From IMG/VR virus record IMGVR_UViG_3300030372_004521, positions 1-64,000 of that record: a stretch of 64,000 nt of DNA; one strand, 5' to 3'. The first letter of the stretch is position 1. The number at the start of each line of letters is the position of its first letter. The notes under the pieces were generated by a model. It was not told the origin of the DNA and did no database searches. It was given only the letters and a program-made list of their open reading frames with translations. The DNA is from a virus. Lineage: Duplodnaviria > Caudoviricetes. Below are positions 33,183-45,100 of the stretch, in pieces. The translations under genes and the position numbers were made by a program.

Positions 33183-33586
33183 CCATTGGTTCATTCGCTT
33201 TACAAGAAGCAGTCTATTCAACACTCAATGGTGATAACACTTTAACTAGCACCTATGGTGCCGAGATATATGATGAAGTGCCTGAAGATTCAGCTACACC
33301 TTATGTCACTATAGGATATGGAACAGCAACTGATTATTCAACACAAAATATTGATGGTGGAGAACAAACATTAACAATACACGTATGGTCTGAATACAGA
33401 GGTGCAAAAGAAACTAAACAAATAATGGACAGAGTGCATGATTTGATGCATGATAGTACTTTTAGTGTTACTGGATTTAATCTTGTAAATATGAGATTTG
33501 AATTTAGTGAGATTATAAGAGACCCAGATGGGCTAACAAGACACGGTATTATGAGATTCCGTGCAATAATTTTAGGAACTAGCTGA
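33179..33586 (+). CDS. Tail terminator (DUF3168)
   Basis: LQ.A.Y..L, YD.VP.....PYV..G, T.HVWS...G..E...I, DPDG.TRHG. Confidence 0.88.
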   Translation: MTIGSFALQEAVYSTLNGDNTLTSTYGAEIYDEVPEDSATPYVTIGYGTATDYSTQNIDGGEQTLTIHVWSEYRGAKETKQIMDRVHDLMHDSTFSVTGFNLVNMRFEFSEIIRDPDGLTRHGIMRFRAIILGTS

Positions 33587-33601
33587 TTATAGGAGAGAAT
33601 T

Positions 33602-34015
33602 ATGGCAGCACAAAAAGGAGCTTCATTATTATTAAAAGTTGGAGATGGGTCTTCACCTGAATCGTTTACAACAATTGCAGGTCTCAGATCAACTTCAATC
33701 ACACTTAATGATGAGGCAGTTGATATTACTAATAAAGATAGCTCAGGAAACCGTGCTCTATTAGCAGACGGTGGTATTTTCTCAATTTCCCTAAGTGGAA
33801 GTGGAGTATTTACTGACCATGCAAGTGAAGCAACCCTGAGAACGAAAATGAATGCAACAACATTCAGCAACTTTCAACTTTTAATACCTGATTTTGGTAC
33901 TTATACAGGGGCCTTTATGGTTTCCTCATTAGAGTACTCAGGTGAATACAATGGAGAAGTAACGTATTCTGTTAGTCTAGAATCTAGCGGTACAATTACG
34001 TTTGCTACAGTGTAA
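33602..34015 (+). CDS. Major tail tube protein (TP901-1/GTA-like)
   Basis: MAAQKG..LLLK.GDG....F.T.AGLR......N...VD.T..DS, IPDFG...G.F....LEY.G..NGE.TY..SL.S.G. Confidence 0.92.
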   Translation: MAAQKGASLLLKVGDGSSPESFTTIAGLRSTSITLNDEAVDITNKDSSGNRALLADGGIFSISLSGSGVFTDHASEATLRTKMNATTFSNFQLLIPDFGTYTGAFMVSSLEYSGEYNGEVTYSVSLESSGTITFATV

Positions 34016-34017
34016 TT

Positions 34018-34275
34018 ATGAGTTGGGAAAAAGTAGAAATTCACGTTGATGATCTAACTTTAGTTGGGTATATGGAAGATGATATGCTCAACATGCCCGC
34101 CTCTGTAGAATTAGGAGACGAAATAAAAGTTGGTAGTAAGGTCTATCCAATTGTGTCATTTGAACATGATGCAAGAGATGATAGATATGACATTAAATTG
34201 AAACTTGCAGTTGCAAGTCCTAAGAAAAAGGAGTCAAAAAATGACGAATCCCCTAAAGGGCCAAGTAAAGGTTAA
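34018..34275 (+). CDS. Hypothetical protein
   Basis: 85-aa ORF between the tube and chaperone genes. Confidence 0.55.
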   Translation: MSWEKVEIHVDDLTLVGYMEDDMLNMPASVELGDEIKVGSKVYPIVSFEHDARDDRYDIKLKLAVASPKKKESKNDESPKGPSKG

Positions 34276-34588
34276 ATTAGCAGGTCAAGAGTATTCTGCT
34301 AGACTTACAATAGATTCACTAATGCAGATAGAAGATGCATTAGGTCAAGGTATTATTAAAGTCGCTCAAAGAATGTCTGAGGGCGACGTTAGGATTAGAG
34401 ACCTAGTTACGGTCTTATTACCTGCTCTACGTGGTGGTGGTAAAGATTTACAAGCCGCCGATATTACCAAATTGGTACAGAAAGCAGGTATTGTAGAAGC
34501 TACAAAGGTAGTTGCTAATTTACTAGCGAAAACCTTAACTGATGATTCAGCTGAAGAATCAGGGGGTGAGAAAGCAGAGGGAAAGTAG
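34241..34588 (+). CDS. Tail assembly chaperone (G-like, GTA gp10-like)
   Basis: MTNP.KG.V...L.G......LT...L..IE..LG; AAGGAG RBS; ends in slippery GGGAAAG. Confidence 0.82.
   Translation: MTNPLKGQVKVKLAGQEYSARLTIDSLMQIEDALGQGIIKVAQRMSEGDVRIRDLVTVLLPALRGGGKDLQAADITKLVQKAGIVEATKVVANLLAKTLTDDSAEESGGEKAEGK
34579..34585 (+). promoter_or_regulatory. -1 ribosomal frameshift site G GGA AAG
   Basis: Same heptamer as lambda G/GT; the -1 frame reads GGG AAA GTA GAT AGT TTG into 34594..34782. Confidence 0.88.
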
Positions 34589-34593
34589 ATAGT

Positions 34594-34782
34594 TTGCCTA
34601 TCGGTAGGTACATGGAAATTTGTTTGGGTATGATAGGCATGAGACCTAAAGACTTTTGGGATTCAAGTCCAAAAGAAATATATAAAGCTATTTCAGGTTT
34701 TATAGAATTTAATACAACAAAAAAAGATAAACCTATGTCTAAGGGTGAATTAGATGATCTTATGGAGAGGTATCCTGACTAA
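34594..34782 (+). CDS. Tail assembly chaperone T segment (expressed as the GT fusion)
   Basis: G.....P..FW..SP.E, M.K.EL..LM.RYPD; immediately before the tape measure gene. Confidence 0.82.
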   Translation: MPIGRYMEICLGMIGMRPKDFWDSSPKEIYKAISGFIEFNTTKKDKPMSKGELDDLMERYPD

Positions 34783-37184
34783 TGGCTACTACAGTTGATA
34801 CCCTCTTAATTGAGCTAAAAGCAGAAACTAAGAACCTTAGAAAAGGTCTTGATGGTGTAAACAAAAAATTAGGCGCAACTGAAAAGAAGTCTAAAAGTGT
34901 AAGTAAAACTCTAAAAACTGTAGGTGGTGCTCTTGCTACTCTAGGTGGTGCCGCTGTTATAGGGAATATAGCTACTACCGTAAGAAAGTTTGAGGACCTT
35001 GAAGCTACTTTACGAGCAGTAACTAAAAGTAGTGAAGCCGCCGCTACTGCTTTTGAATTAATAAGAAAATTTACAGCACAAACAACATTCCAAGTTGATG
35101 AAGTTGCAACAGCATTCATAACCTTAAAACAAGCAGGTATAGTACCAACAAGTGAAGTACTAAGAGACTTTGGTAACTTTGCTGCAGGTATGGGTAAGAG
35201 TATTACCCAATTAGCACAAGCCGCCTTTAATGCCACAACTGGTGAGATGGAAATGCTCAAGCAGTTTGGTGTTATTGCTCGTCAGCAAGGCGATAAGATA
35301 ACAGTTACTTTTGATGGTGTAACCAAAGAAATTGAAAGATCAGGATTCTCTGTTATTCAATATCTTAGAAGCATTGGTAGAGAAAACTTTAGTGATGCTA
35401 TAGAACAAAGAGCAAACACCTTAACTGGTGCTGTCTCAAACTTACAAGATGCTTTTGCTGAGTTTCAAGTACAAATAGGTGATGGTGGTCTTAGAAGTGC
35501 ATTAACTGATATATCTAAAGGGCTAAAATCTGTATTAGAAAATAATATGGACGTAGCTCATGCTATCGGTACAATTTTGGGTGGAGCATTACGAGCATTA
35601 GCATTTGTAATCACACTTGTTTTAGATAACTTTAAATTATTAGTTACTTTCTTAGCTGTTAGATTCCTATTGACCATAAAAATGGTCACTGTAACAACAG
35701 CACTTTCAACAATAAATTTCAACAGAATGACAATTTCATTGAATGCAGCAACAGCGGCTTTCGGTAGATTAACTATAGCAGCACGAAGAAACATAATAGC
35801 TCTTGGAATTACTGCCGCCGCAGGTGGATTAATGTGGTTATTCAGCGATAGTACAGATGAAGCAACTGATTCTATAGAAGATTTAGATGAAGAACTGAAT
35901 AAAATGTTAGGAAGTATCCAAGATGTGTCTATATTGTTAAGTAGCACTGATCTTACCAATTTTAATTTATTCAAAGACATACAAGGCCAAGCACTAGCGG
36001 CAGGAAAATCTATACAAGACCTAATAAATGAAGATTTTAAAGGTCTAGCTGAAACGTTAAACAATGTAAGAAACTTAGAAGTGGCAAAATCAATTGTCGC
36101 TATGAGTCCTGAAGATAGAGCCAAGATAATGGTAGATAGAATGTACACACCTAAAGGTATGAAAACGACATTTATTGGTGACACTGATATAGCTACTCCT
36201 TTTGAAGATTTAACTGAAACTGAAATATTTGATTTATTTAGACCTGATGGAGCTTTTGCAGATTTAGCTTCAGGTGGTTTTATGAGTGCAGGTGGTTTAG
36301 GTGGTCTATCTTTAATGAACAAGGGTTTCACAGACTTAAATGACATACTTAATACTGTTGATATAACAATGTTTGGTGTCCATGAGACACAAGATGATTA
36401 TATTGCGTGGTTACAAAGTAAACCGTTTGAATTTCTCTTAAATGACATGGAGAAAGGAATACTGGATTTAGCAAGATCAACCGTTGACGAAACTGAAATA
36501 ATGAAAGATGCATGGAATGGTCTAACTGATGAAGCAATAATAGACTTACACGAAACTATAAAACAGTTTCTACCTGAATCACTCCAAGATATAGAAGATT
36601 TTACAGCAGCAGTAGATTTATCTTTTCAAGAGCAAAAAGATGAAGCAAAAGGGTGGTCAGAATCACTACAGGATGCAGTAGAAACAGCTAGTCATGCTTT
36701 TACAAGTGATTTGGTTAATGCACTAGCAGAGGGGCAGAAAGGTTTAGACGCATTCAAAGACTTTTGTGCTGATCTCGCTAAACAGATTATTACTATATTC
36801 CTAAAAATGTCAGTGGTTAATCCTATACTCAACTCTATATTTGATCTTTCAGGTGATGATGCATTCACTACCTTTTGGAATCAAGGTAAAGCAAGTGGTG
36901 GTAAAGTCCAAAGACGTACACCTTATCTAATAGGTGAAAGAGGTCCTGAAATATTTGTGCCTGATACAGGTGGAAGTGTATTAAATAACATGAATGCTAA
37001 GAATGCTATGGGTGGTGGCGCAGTAATTGTCAATCAGTCAGTTAATTTTGCTACAGGTGTTGTGCCAACAGTAAGAGCAGAGGTATTATCATTAATGCCA
37101 CAAATAGCTGATGTAACAAAAGCCGCTGTAGTTGATTCAGCTTCAAGAAGTGGAAGAATGAGAGGAGTATTGTCAAATGCCTAG
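34782..37184 (+). CDS. Tape measure protein
   Basis: 800 aa, helical and Ala-rich; A.GG.V.....Y.IGE.GPE.F.P...G lambda-type C-terminal motif. Confidence 0.92.
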   Translation: MATTVDTLLIELKAETKNLRKGLDGVNKKLGATEKKSKSVSKTLKTVGGALATLGGAAVIGNIATTVRKFEDLEATLRAVTKSSEAAATAFELIRKFTAQTTFQVDEVATAFITLKQAGIVPTSEVLRDFGNFAAGMGKSITQLAQAAFNATTGEMEMLKQFGVIARQQGDKITVTFDGVTKEIERSGFSVIQYLRSIGRENFSDAIEQRANTLTGAVSNLQDAFAEFQVQIGDGGLRSALTDISKGLKSVLENNMDVAHAIGTILGGALRALAFVITLVLDNFKLLVTFLAVRFLLTIKMVTVTTALSTINFNRMTISLNAATAAFGRLTIAARRNIIALGITAAAGGLMWLFSDSTDEATDSIEDLDEELNKMLGSIQDVSILLSSTDLTNFNLFKDIQGQALAAGKSIQDLINEDFKGLAETLNNVRNLEVAKSIVAMSPEDRAKIMVDRMYTPKGMKTTFIGDTDIATPFEDLTETEIFDLFRPDGAFADLASGGFMSAGGLGGLSLMNKGFTDLNDILNTVDITMFGVHETQDDYIAWLQSKPFEFLLNDMEKGILDLARSTVDETEIMKDAWNGLTDEAIIDLHETIKQFLPESLQDIEDFTAAVDLSFQEQKDEAKGWSESLQDAVETASHAFTSDLVNALAEGQKGLDAFKDFCADLAKQIITIFLKMSVVNPILNSIFDLSGDDAFTTFWNQGKASGGKVQRRTPYLIGERGPEIFVPDTGGSVLNNMNAKNAMGGGAVIVNQSVNFATGVVPTVRAEVLSLMPQIADVTKAAVVDSASRSGRMRGVLSNA

Positions 37185-38055
37185 ATTAATAAGTATGCCA
37201 ACAACACCAAATTTTGTACAAAGTGATTTTACTTTAGTAAGAAGTGTAGCTACAACTGTTTCACCTTTTAGTGGCGCATATAAGACACAGGAGTATGACA
37301 ATGTTTATTGGGAAGCAGTAGTTTCTCTACCACCTATGAGAAGAAGTCAAGCTGTTGAGTGGCAATCATTTCTTTTACAACTAAAAGGACCAACAAATTA
37401 TTTTAAATTTGCTGACCCTGATGCTCTTACTAATACAGGTTCTTATTCAACTGCATATTTAGTATCAGACCCTAGAATAAACGATACTTCAGAAACACTA
37501 TCTTGGAATGCTTCAAATAATACAATTACAGCAGCTACTTCAGGTTTCTTTGACAACATAATTGCAGGGGATTTTATATATATAACAGGTGCAGGAGATG
37601 ATTCAAACAATGGAACATTTAAAATTAATTCAAAAACCAGTGGCACAGCAGTTGTAGTTGATAGAGACCTAGTTACTGAAAACACTACTGCAAGTTGCAA
37701 AGTAAGACAAAATGTTAAGGGTGTAGAAGCACTGTCATTAGAAGCTAGTGGAAGCAGTATAACTGGAACAATAAAGAAAGGTGATTATCTACAAATACAA
37801 GGTGCCGCTAGTACAACGACAAATCCTGTACAACTGGTTCAATGTGTAGAAGATGCAACAGCTACTACTGATAGTGGGAATGACCACTATTCAGTGCGAA
37901 TAGAACCAAAACTACGTGCAGACTTTGCAGATGGAAATTATGCTGTTTTCACAAATCCAAAAGGTTTATTTAGATTAACAACTCCAACGGTGAATTGGTC
38001 AGGCGATAGAGTCTCTAATTACGGGTTTAGTTTTAACTGTACTGAGGTGGTGTAA
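37177..38055 (+). CDS. Distal tail (Dit-like) protein with internal insertion
   Basis: SPF.G...TQ.....W.A...LPP.....A..W..FL..L.G, I.P.LR, P.G.FRL. Confidence 0.65.
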   Translation: MPRLISMPTTPNFVQSDFTLVRSVATTVSPFSGAYKTQEYDNVYWEAVVSLPPMRRSQAVEWQSFLLQLKGPTNYFKFADPDALTNTGSYSTAYLVSDPRINDTSETLSWNASNNTITAATSGFFDNIIAGDFIYITGAGDDSNNGTFKINSKTSGTAVVVDRDLVTENTTASCKVRQNVKGVEALSLEASGSSITGTIKKGDYLQIQGAASTTTNPVQLVQCVEDATATTDSGNDHYSVRIEPKLRADFADGNYAVFTNPKGLFRLTTPTVNWSGDRVSNYGFSFNCTEVV

Positions 38056-38702
38056 TGGCATCAAGGCCGGGAATAGATACAAGTTTAGTCAATAGATTAG
38101 GACAAGATCACTCAGATTTATTTTATGCAGTTAAAATGGAGTTTGATTCAGGCACTCTAAGGTTTTGGAGTGGTACAGGCGATTTTGTTCTTGATACTGG
38201 GGCTAGTAATGCAGATGAAACATATACAGGCGCAGGTAGTTTACTAACTGTTTCAGCAATAGAAGATGATACAGAAGCTACCAGTAAAGGTATGTCTTTA
38301 TCTCTTTCAGGCATGAACTCTACTGTTAATAACTATGCTCTTACGGAAGAATATCAAAATAGACCAATAACTGTTTACTTAGGTTTTATGAATGGTGGAG
38401 AAGCAGTTGGTAAATTAGTTATGTTCAAAGGGCGAATGATGAACATGACAATTAATGATGGCCCAAGTAGCAGTACTATAACACTTGAAGCAGAAAACAG
38501 ATTACTAGACCTTGAGAAACCATCTAACTATAGATATACCAAAGAAACACAAAATGAATTGTTTGCAGGTGATCTAGGTCTTAATTTTGTAGAAGTATTA
38601 CAGAATGCACAATTAAACTGGGGGCCAATAATGCTTGGTGTTGCAGGTGGTTCATACAATGTAGGAAATGATGGTACTAATATTCATCGGAGCATTAAGT
38701 AA
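38055..38702 (+). CDS. Minor tail/hub protein (DUF2163-like)
   Basis: R.WSG.G, Y.G.G.L, L.LSG, F.G.M..M, ENRL.DL......RYT...Q.....GD.G..FV. Confidence 0.75.
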   Translation: MASRPGIDTSLVNRLGQDHSDLFYAVKMEFDSGTLRFWSGTGDFVLDTGASNADETYTGAGSLLTVSAIEDDTEATSKGMSLSLSGMNSTVNNYALTEEYQNRPITVYLGFMNGGEAVGKLVMFKGRMMNMTINDGPSSSTITLEAENRLLDLEKPSNYRYTKETQNELFAGDLGLNFVEVLQNAQLNWGPIMLGVAGGSYNVGNDGTNIHRSIK

Positions 38703-39118
38703 TGAAAGATGAGAATTGGGAGTCATTATTTTTTAAATATCTTGATAAAGTAAAAAATAAGAAATTTTCATGGAAAAACTGGAATTGTTGTAATTTTGTA
38801 GATCAATATATTTCCTCTGTAAGCGATTTTTCCTTTATCCCTAATAAAACGGACTGGAATAACAAAAAAACTGCCTTAGAAGCCATTAGAAAGCACGGAG
38901 ATACCTTTCCTGATGCTGTAACCAGTGTGATGAAACAACAAAACATAGAAGAAATAAATAAAAACTTCATTTCTACTGGAGATATTGTGCTTTTCAAGGA
39001 AAAAGAACATCTCTTAGGTGTATGTGATGGAAGACAAGTTATAGCAGTAAGTGATGATGGTTTAGTAACAAAACCTATGAGTATAGCTGAAAAAGTTTGG
39101 AGAATACCTAATGTCTAA
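38702..39118 (+). CDS. NlpC/P60-like tail tip protein
   Basis: F.W...NC..F, GD.V, G.C.G, WR; position before the J-like gene. Confidence 0.7.
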   Translation: MKDENWESLFFKYLDKVKNKKFSWKNWNCCNFVDQYISSVSDFSFIPNKTDWNNKKTALEAIRKHGDTFPDAVTSVMKQQNIEEINKNFISTGDIVLFKEKEHLLGVCDGRQVIAVSDDGLVTKPMSIAEKVWRIPNV

Positions 39119-42100
39119 GGCAACAAGAGAAGCTATAAAAATGACCATAATAGCAGGATTAGCTCTTGCTACTGGTAATCTCCTTTTTGCTGAAGCGGCT
39201 GTTTTTACTCTTACTAGTGGTCAAATACTACAAACAATAGTTGTAGGTGTAGCTACTCAAATAGCTGTTTCTTATTCAAGAGGTTTAGATTCAAATTCTG
39301 CAAACTTTGGTTCTAAGATAGTTAGACAAGACCCTATTGCTCCTAGACAAATTGTTTACGGTAAAACAAGAGTTGGTGGAAACGTAGTTTTCATGGATAC
39401 AACTGGCACAGATAACTCTGAATTACATTTAGTAGTAGCTATTGCAGGACATGAAATTAACTCAGTAGAAAAGATATTTGTTAATGATGTTGAGCTTACA
39501 TCAACTACTAGCACAATTAATAGTGAAACTGTACATACAGTAACTAACACACACTTTACTAATACAGAAAACGATTATACGACTTTCGGTAGTGGTAGAT
39601 TAATGAGGTTTACTACAGAATTAGGGGCAGATAATCAGGAAAGTAATGGTTATCTAGTAAACAATACAAGTTTTACAACTGACCATGATTTAAAGGGAAT
39701 AGCATATGTATATTTCCATATGATATATGACAGAGAGAAGTTGGGCCGACTTCCACAAATGCAATTTGAAGTAAAAGGAAAAAAACTTTATGACCCAAGA
39801 TCAACTGAAACAGCATGGACTGATTCTAGTGGAAAAGATATTGGTAGAAACCCTGCCTTAATAGCTAGAGATATTCTTACTGATACAAGGTATGGAGTCA
39901 AAGCAACAACAGGAACTAATGGCGAGATCAATGACAGCACTGATGCAGGTGGTTTCGCTAATGCAGCTAATGCTTGTGAAGTGTCAATTACAGATGGGAG
40001 TGGTGGTACTGAAAACAAATATGTAGCTGATGGTTTTTCTCATATGTCCACAAATCAAGCTGACATATTAGCAGGAATCATGGGTTCTTGTGCAGGAAAG
40101 ATAAGCTATGCCAATGGTCAATTTGGTATGTTCGTAGGTGTTGCACAAACACCATCCCTTACCATTACTGATGATGATTTAATCTCAGAACTTCAGATAC
40201 AAAATGCTACAGCACAAGGTATGGTTTTCAATACAGTTAAAGCTGTATATGTAAACTCAGCAAATGACTATGTTTCATCTGATGCGCCAATTAGAAATGC
40301 AGGTACAAATCCAAGTGGTAGTGGTGAAAGTTATTTAGCTACAGATACACCAACAGGGGGCACACAAGCAAACTTTAGACAGACATTTGAAATGAAGTTG
40401 CCTTTTGTTACAAGCCAAACACAAGCACAAAGATTATCCAAGTTAGCTTTAGATTATCAAAGAAGAACTAAGATGGTTACAGTATCTACAAGTCTAAAAT
40501 TCTTGAGAGTACAACCGTCTGACTGGGTTTACTTAACAAACTCTAGAATGGGGTGGACTAATAAAGTCTTTGAGGTTCTTTCAGCAAAAGTTGATACAAC
40601 TACTGAGGGTTCTTTATTCTGTAGTTTACAGCTTAAAGAGATAGACTCTAATGTTTTTGCCTTTGTTGCTAATGATTACATAGTAGGACAAGCTGATGGT
40701 AGTCTTGGTGATAGTGGTGGTTTCACACTAGGAGCTCCAACATTAGCTAGTGATGGTCTTTCAGAAGTCGTTTACAACGATAACGGTACAGCAAAAATAG
40801 CACTTGATGTGACTTGGACTAATTCATCTAGTGCAGGAATAGGGGCTACAGAAATACAGTGGCGATTAGGTGGTAGCTTCGGTACTCCAACTTCAGTTGC
40901 AGAAGTATCACCTGATATTAATACTTTCAGAATACCTGATATGATCGCAGGACAAACGGTTTATGTACGTGTACGACACACAAACTCAACTCAGTTAGGT
41001 ACTTTCTCAACAACTAGAAGTAGAACTATAGCAGGAGACACAACAGCACCATCTGTACCAACAAGTCTTTCAGTTAGTACTGGGTTACCACAAATGAGAA
41101 TTTCTTGGGTTAATCCATCTGATACAGACCTCAGATCAATAAAAATCTATAGAAGAACTGCAAATACTGACCCAACTGATGATACATATTTAGTAGCAAC
41201 TGTTTCAGGTGAACCTGCTAAAGCTATGGATGTAGTACAAGGAGCATCAGATGGCCTTAGTTATAACACAACGTATTATTTCTGGCTTAGAGCAGTAGAT
41301 TTTTCAGGAAACCAGTCTAACTTTACAAGCTCTGCTAATGGTAGCTTTGCTCGTATAGGTGATGGTGATTTTCAAGGTAGTGGTGGTTCAACATATAGAC
41401 AGAGCCAAGCAGGTAACAATAATGCTCCAACAGATTCAGCTTTTAATTCGTCTTTTGGAAGATTACCTAGAAATAATGATGTTCTTGTCAGCACTAATAC
41501 TACAAATAAAGAAAGTATTGCATATAAGTATTCAGGTCAAACATCAGGTTCAGCAGGTGGTGGTGGTTCTTTCTCTGATTTAGGTTTCTTTTTAACAGGT
41601 GATCTAATAGGTCTTGAGGGTGAGGGAGTACAAGACGTCATTTCAAACACAACTACAGGAAATCAAGGTGCTATTACCTTTAATAAACATACTCAAAAAA
41701 TGCAGACCTATGGTAACTATGAAGCTGATACAGACTTCTTGCCAACAATTGATCTTTATTCGCAAAGAAAAACAGGTGGACAAACTAGTGGTGGTAGTGG
41801 AGAAGGTAAATCAGGAAGTCTTACATTTAGTACAAATCTTTGGAGTAGCTCAAGTGGAAACCTAGCTGCTGAAGAAACTATTGGTGGCATTTATATGGAC
41901 ATGAATAGCAGGACAGAGGGTTTTGGTAATAATTCTACTAATCCAAGTGCTAAGATGCTATTTAAGTTAATACAAGCCCCTGTCCTTTCAGGTAATGATT
42001 ACAATAACTACACAATATTAGAGCTAGACCGACACAATGGCTCACATCTAAACTCAGGGTTAGATATTGACCCAAATATAACAGATCATGCTCTTAAAAT

Positions 42101-45100
42101 TGATGGTACTGAGGTTATAACAAGTTCAAGAAACTTAACCAATATAGGAACTATAGCTAGTGGCAATATTACAGTTACAGGTAGTGTAACAATATCAGCT
42201 GATTTAACAGTAAGTGGCACAACCACAACGATAGATACCACAAACTTAGATGTTAAAGATAAAAATATCACTTTGAATTATGGATCAGGCGATACTTCAT
42301 CTAATGCTGATGGTGCAGGAATAACTATTCAAGATGCTGTAGATGCATCAACAAATGCAACTTTCACATGGAATGCAAGTGATGATAATTTTGAACTTTC
42401 ACATGGTTTAGATTTTGGTGATAGTGCAAAAATAAGACTAGGTACAGACAATGATTTACAAATTTACCATGATGGTAGTAATGCAAGAATAAGAGAAATA
42501 ACAGGTGAGCTTAGATTACAAACTACATCTAGTGGTGTTAATGCTTTAGTTGCGAAATCAAATGCAGCAGTAGAGCTTTATCATGCAGGTTCAAAAAAAT
42601 TAGAAACATCAAGTAGTGGTATAGATGTTACAGGAAATGTAAGTCTTACAGGTGATGTAACCATATCAAATGCAGGACCAACATTATATTTAACTGATAC
42701 TGATAACAACCCTGATTGGCAGATCAAAAATGGTAATGGTAATTTAAGGTTTATTGATGCAACAAATTCCGTTGATGTTCTTACTCTAACAAGTAGTGAT
42801 GTCACTATAGATGCAGGTGGAGACATTATTCTTGATGCAGATGGTCAAGATGTTATTTTTAAAGATGGTGGGACACAGTTTGGCTCTATAAGAAAGAATG
42901 GCAACAATATTCAACTTATGGCTTCTATAGAAGATGGCGATATTACATTTCATGGTGATGATGGTGGTTCAGCTATTACAGCTATGGCAATTGATATGTC
43001 TGCTGGTGGAAATGTAGGTATCGGCACTACAAGTCCAACAGGTAAGTTAAATATAGTAAGTGGTTCTTCAGGTAGTTATTTAGTAAATTTAGATTATAAC
43101 GATGGTACTGATGGGGGTGGGTTCTATCAATCAGGTTCAACAGGTTTATCACTATTTCTTAAAAATTCTTCAGCTACACAAACAGTACAAATAGCTACAG
43201 CAGGTGATAGTTACTTTAATGGTGGTAATGTAGGAATTGGCACTTCTTCACCAACAGCTAAATTACATATACATAATACATCTACTACTTCAGATGGAGA
43301 TGGAACAGCAGACGAATCACCAACAGGTCAAGATAGTATTTTGCTTTACGGTCATGGGGGTACAAACGGTCAAACTTACGGGGGTATAACTTGGTTAGGT
43401 GGTAGTAGGAGACGTGCCATGATAAGTGCTGTTGCCGAAAATACTGATACTGATTTTGTAGGATTAGCATTCTATACTCAAGGGACTGACGGTTCAGGTG
43501 ATTTTAATGAATCAATGCGTATAGCTCGTGATGGTGATGTGGGAATCGGAACTCAAAGTCCGAGTTTTTCAGCAGGTTCAGGTTTAGAAATAAGCAGAGC
43601 AGGTCCAGCGACTTTAAGACTAGAAGATACAGATGGTACAACAGGTGCAACAGAATTGGTCCAAGTTGATGCAGACGGTTATTTATTAACAAGACAAAGT
43701 AGTAGTGCTTTAATTTTTGGAATTAATAGCTCTGAGAAAATGAGGCTAGCTTCTTCAGGAGACGTTGGGATCGGTACTTCCTCACCTGATAGATTATTAA
43801 CTCTGCAAGGAGATAATTCTTATATGTGGATGAAAGATGCAGGTGGTGGTAATGTAGCTTTTATTGGGGGAGATGGTGCTAATGATGGATTTATAAGACT
43901 TTATAATGGTAGTCATTCAGCAAAAGTAGAAATTCAAAGTGATGGCGATACATATTTTAATGGTGGAGATGTGGGTATTGGTTCTTCCTCACCTGAAGAA
44001 AAACTACACGTCTCAGGAAACATATTGCTTGATGATGGCGATCCTAGATTATATTTTCAAACAGGTTCATCACATTATAATTGGAAAATAGCAGCACAAG
44101 ATTCAACAAACAAAGGTTTTGAAATATCAAGTGGGGCTGCTGATGGTGATGCTAATAGTGATACTTATACCCCAAGAATAGTTATAGAAGCTGATACAGG
44201 AGATGTGGGAATTGGTACAACAGCACCTGCATCTCCACTTCATGTTGAAACAGCAGACGATCAAATAGCAGATTTTTATTCAACTGATACTGATGGTTAT
44301 ATCAGGGTTAGAGATTCAAATGATAGTCTATATGTTTCTTCTGATAATGCAGTAGGTTCATTTGGGGGTAATGCAGGGGCTAATGCTAATAATATAAACA
44401 TAAGTTTGACAAGTGGTGCTGTGGGAATCGGCACTACCTCGCCAAGCTCGTCACTTCATGTAGCAAAAGCAAACGCAGCTTTAGGTTTTGATGCAGGTTT
44501 ATGGATTAGCAGTAATCCAAGTGATTATACTGCAGGTAGAGGTGGTGGTATTACTTTCCAAAATGTTGATGTATATACAGCAGGAATTTATGGATTAAGA
44601 GAGACATCAAGTTGGGAAGGGGCTTTAGCTTTTTATACTCATACTGACGGAAGTGGAAATACTTTTGGCTCAACCTTTACAGAAAAAATGAGACTGACTA
44701 ATGAAGGTCGTTTAGGAATCGGCACAACCTCACCTTCATATGCATTACATATAACATCTGCTTCTGATGGCATAAATATAAGTGGTTCAAGTGCATTTGT
44801 TAGATGGAACTCAGGAGATATGCAAATTAGAAATGCAGGTTCTTATTCTATGGCTTTTGATACTTATGATGGTTCAGCTTTAACAGAAAAAATGACCATT
44901 GATACTCAAGGTAATGTTAAAGTTTCAAAAGGTGGTATATCTTATGATGGCGAGGGTAAGATTTACTCTTGGAGAGCTCAAAACAATGCGGGAAATGCTA
45001 GTAATTACACAAAAATAGCATCAGTTTCAGGTTCACATAGCACAAGATTCTATATAAATCTATATGGTAGAAGTCAGGGTTACTCAGATGGAGTATTAGG

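Noticed and set aside
32434-34782. Gene transfer agent cluster
   Set aside because: Tail genes are GTA-like, but the genome has its own replication, recombination and lysis genes and an 800-aa tape measure, consistent with a true phage
35558-36346. 262-aa antisense ORF and the many other short antisense or alternate-frame ORFs in the track
   Set aside because: They lie opposite or within well-supported genes and have no RBS or motifs; expected shadow ORFs
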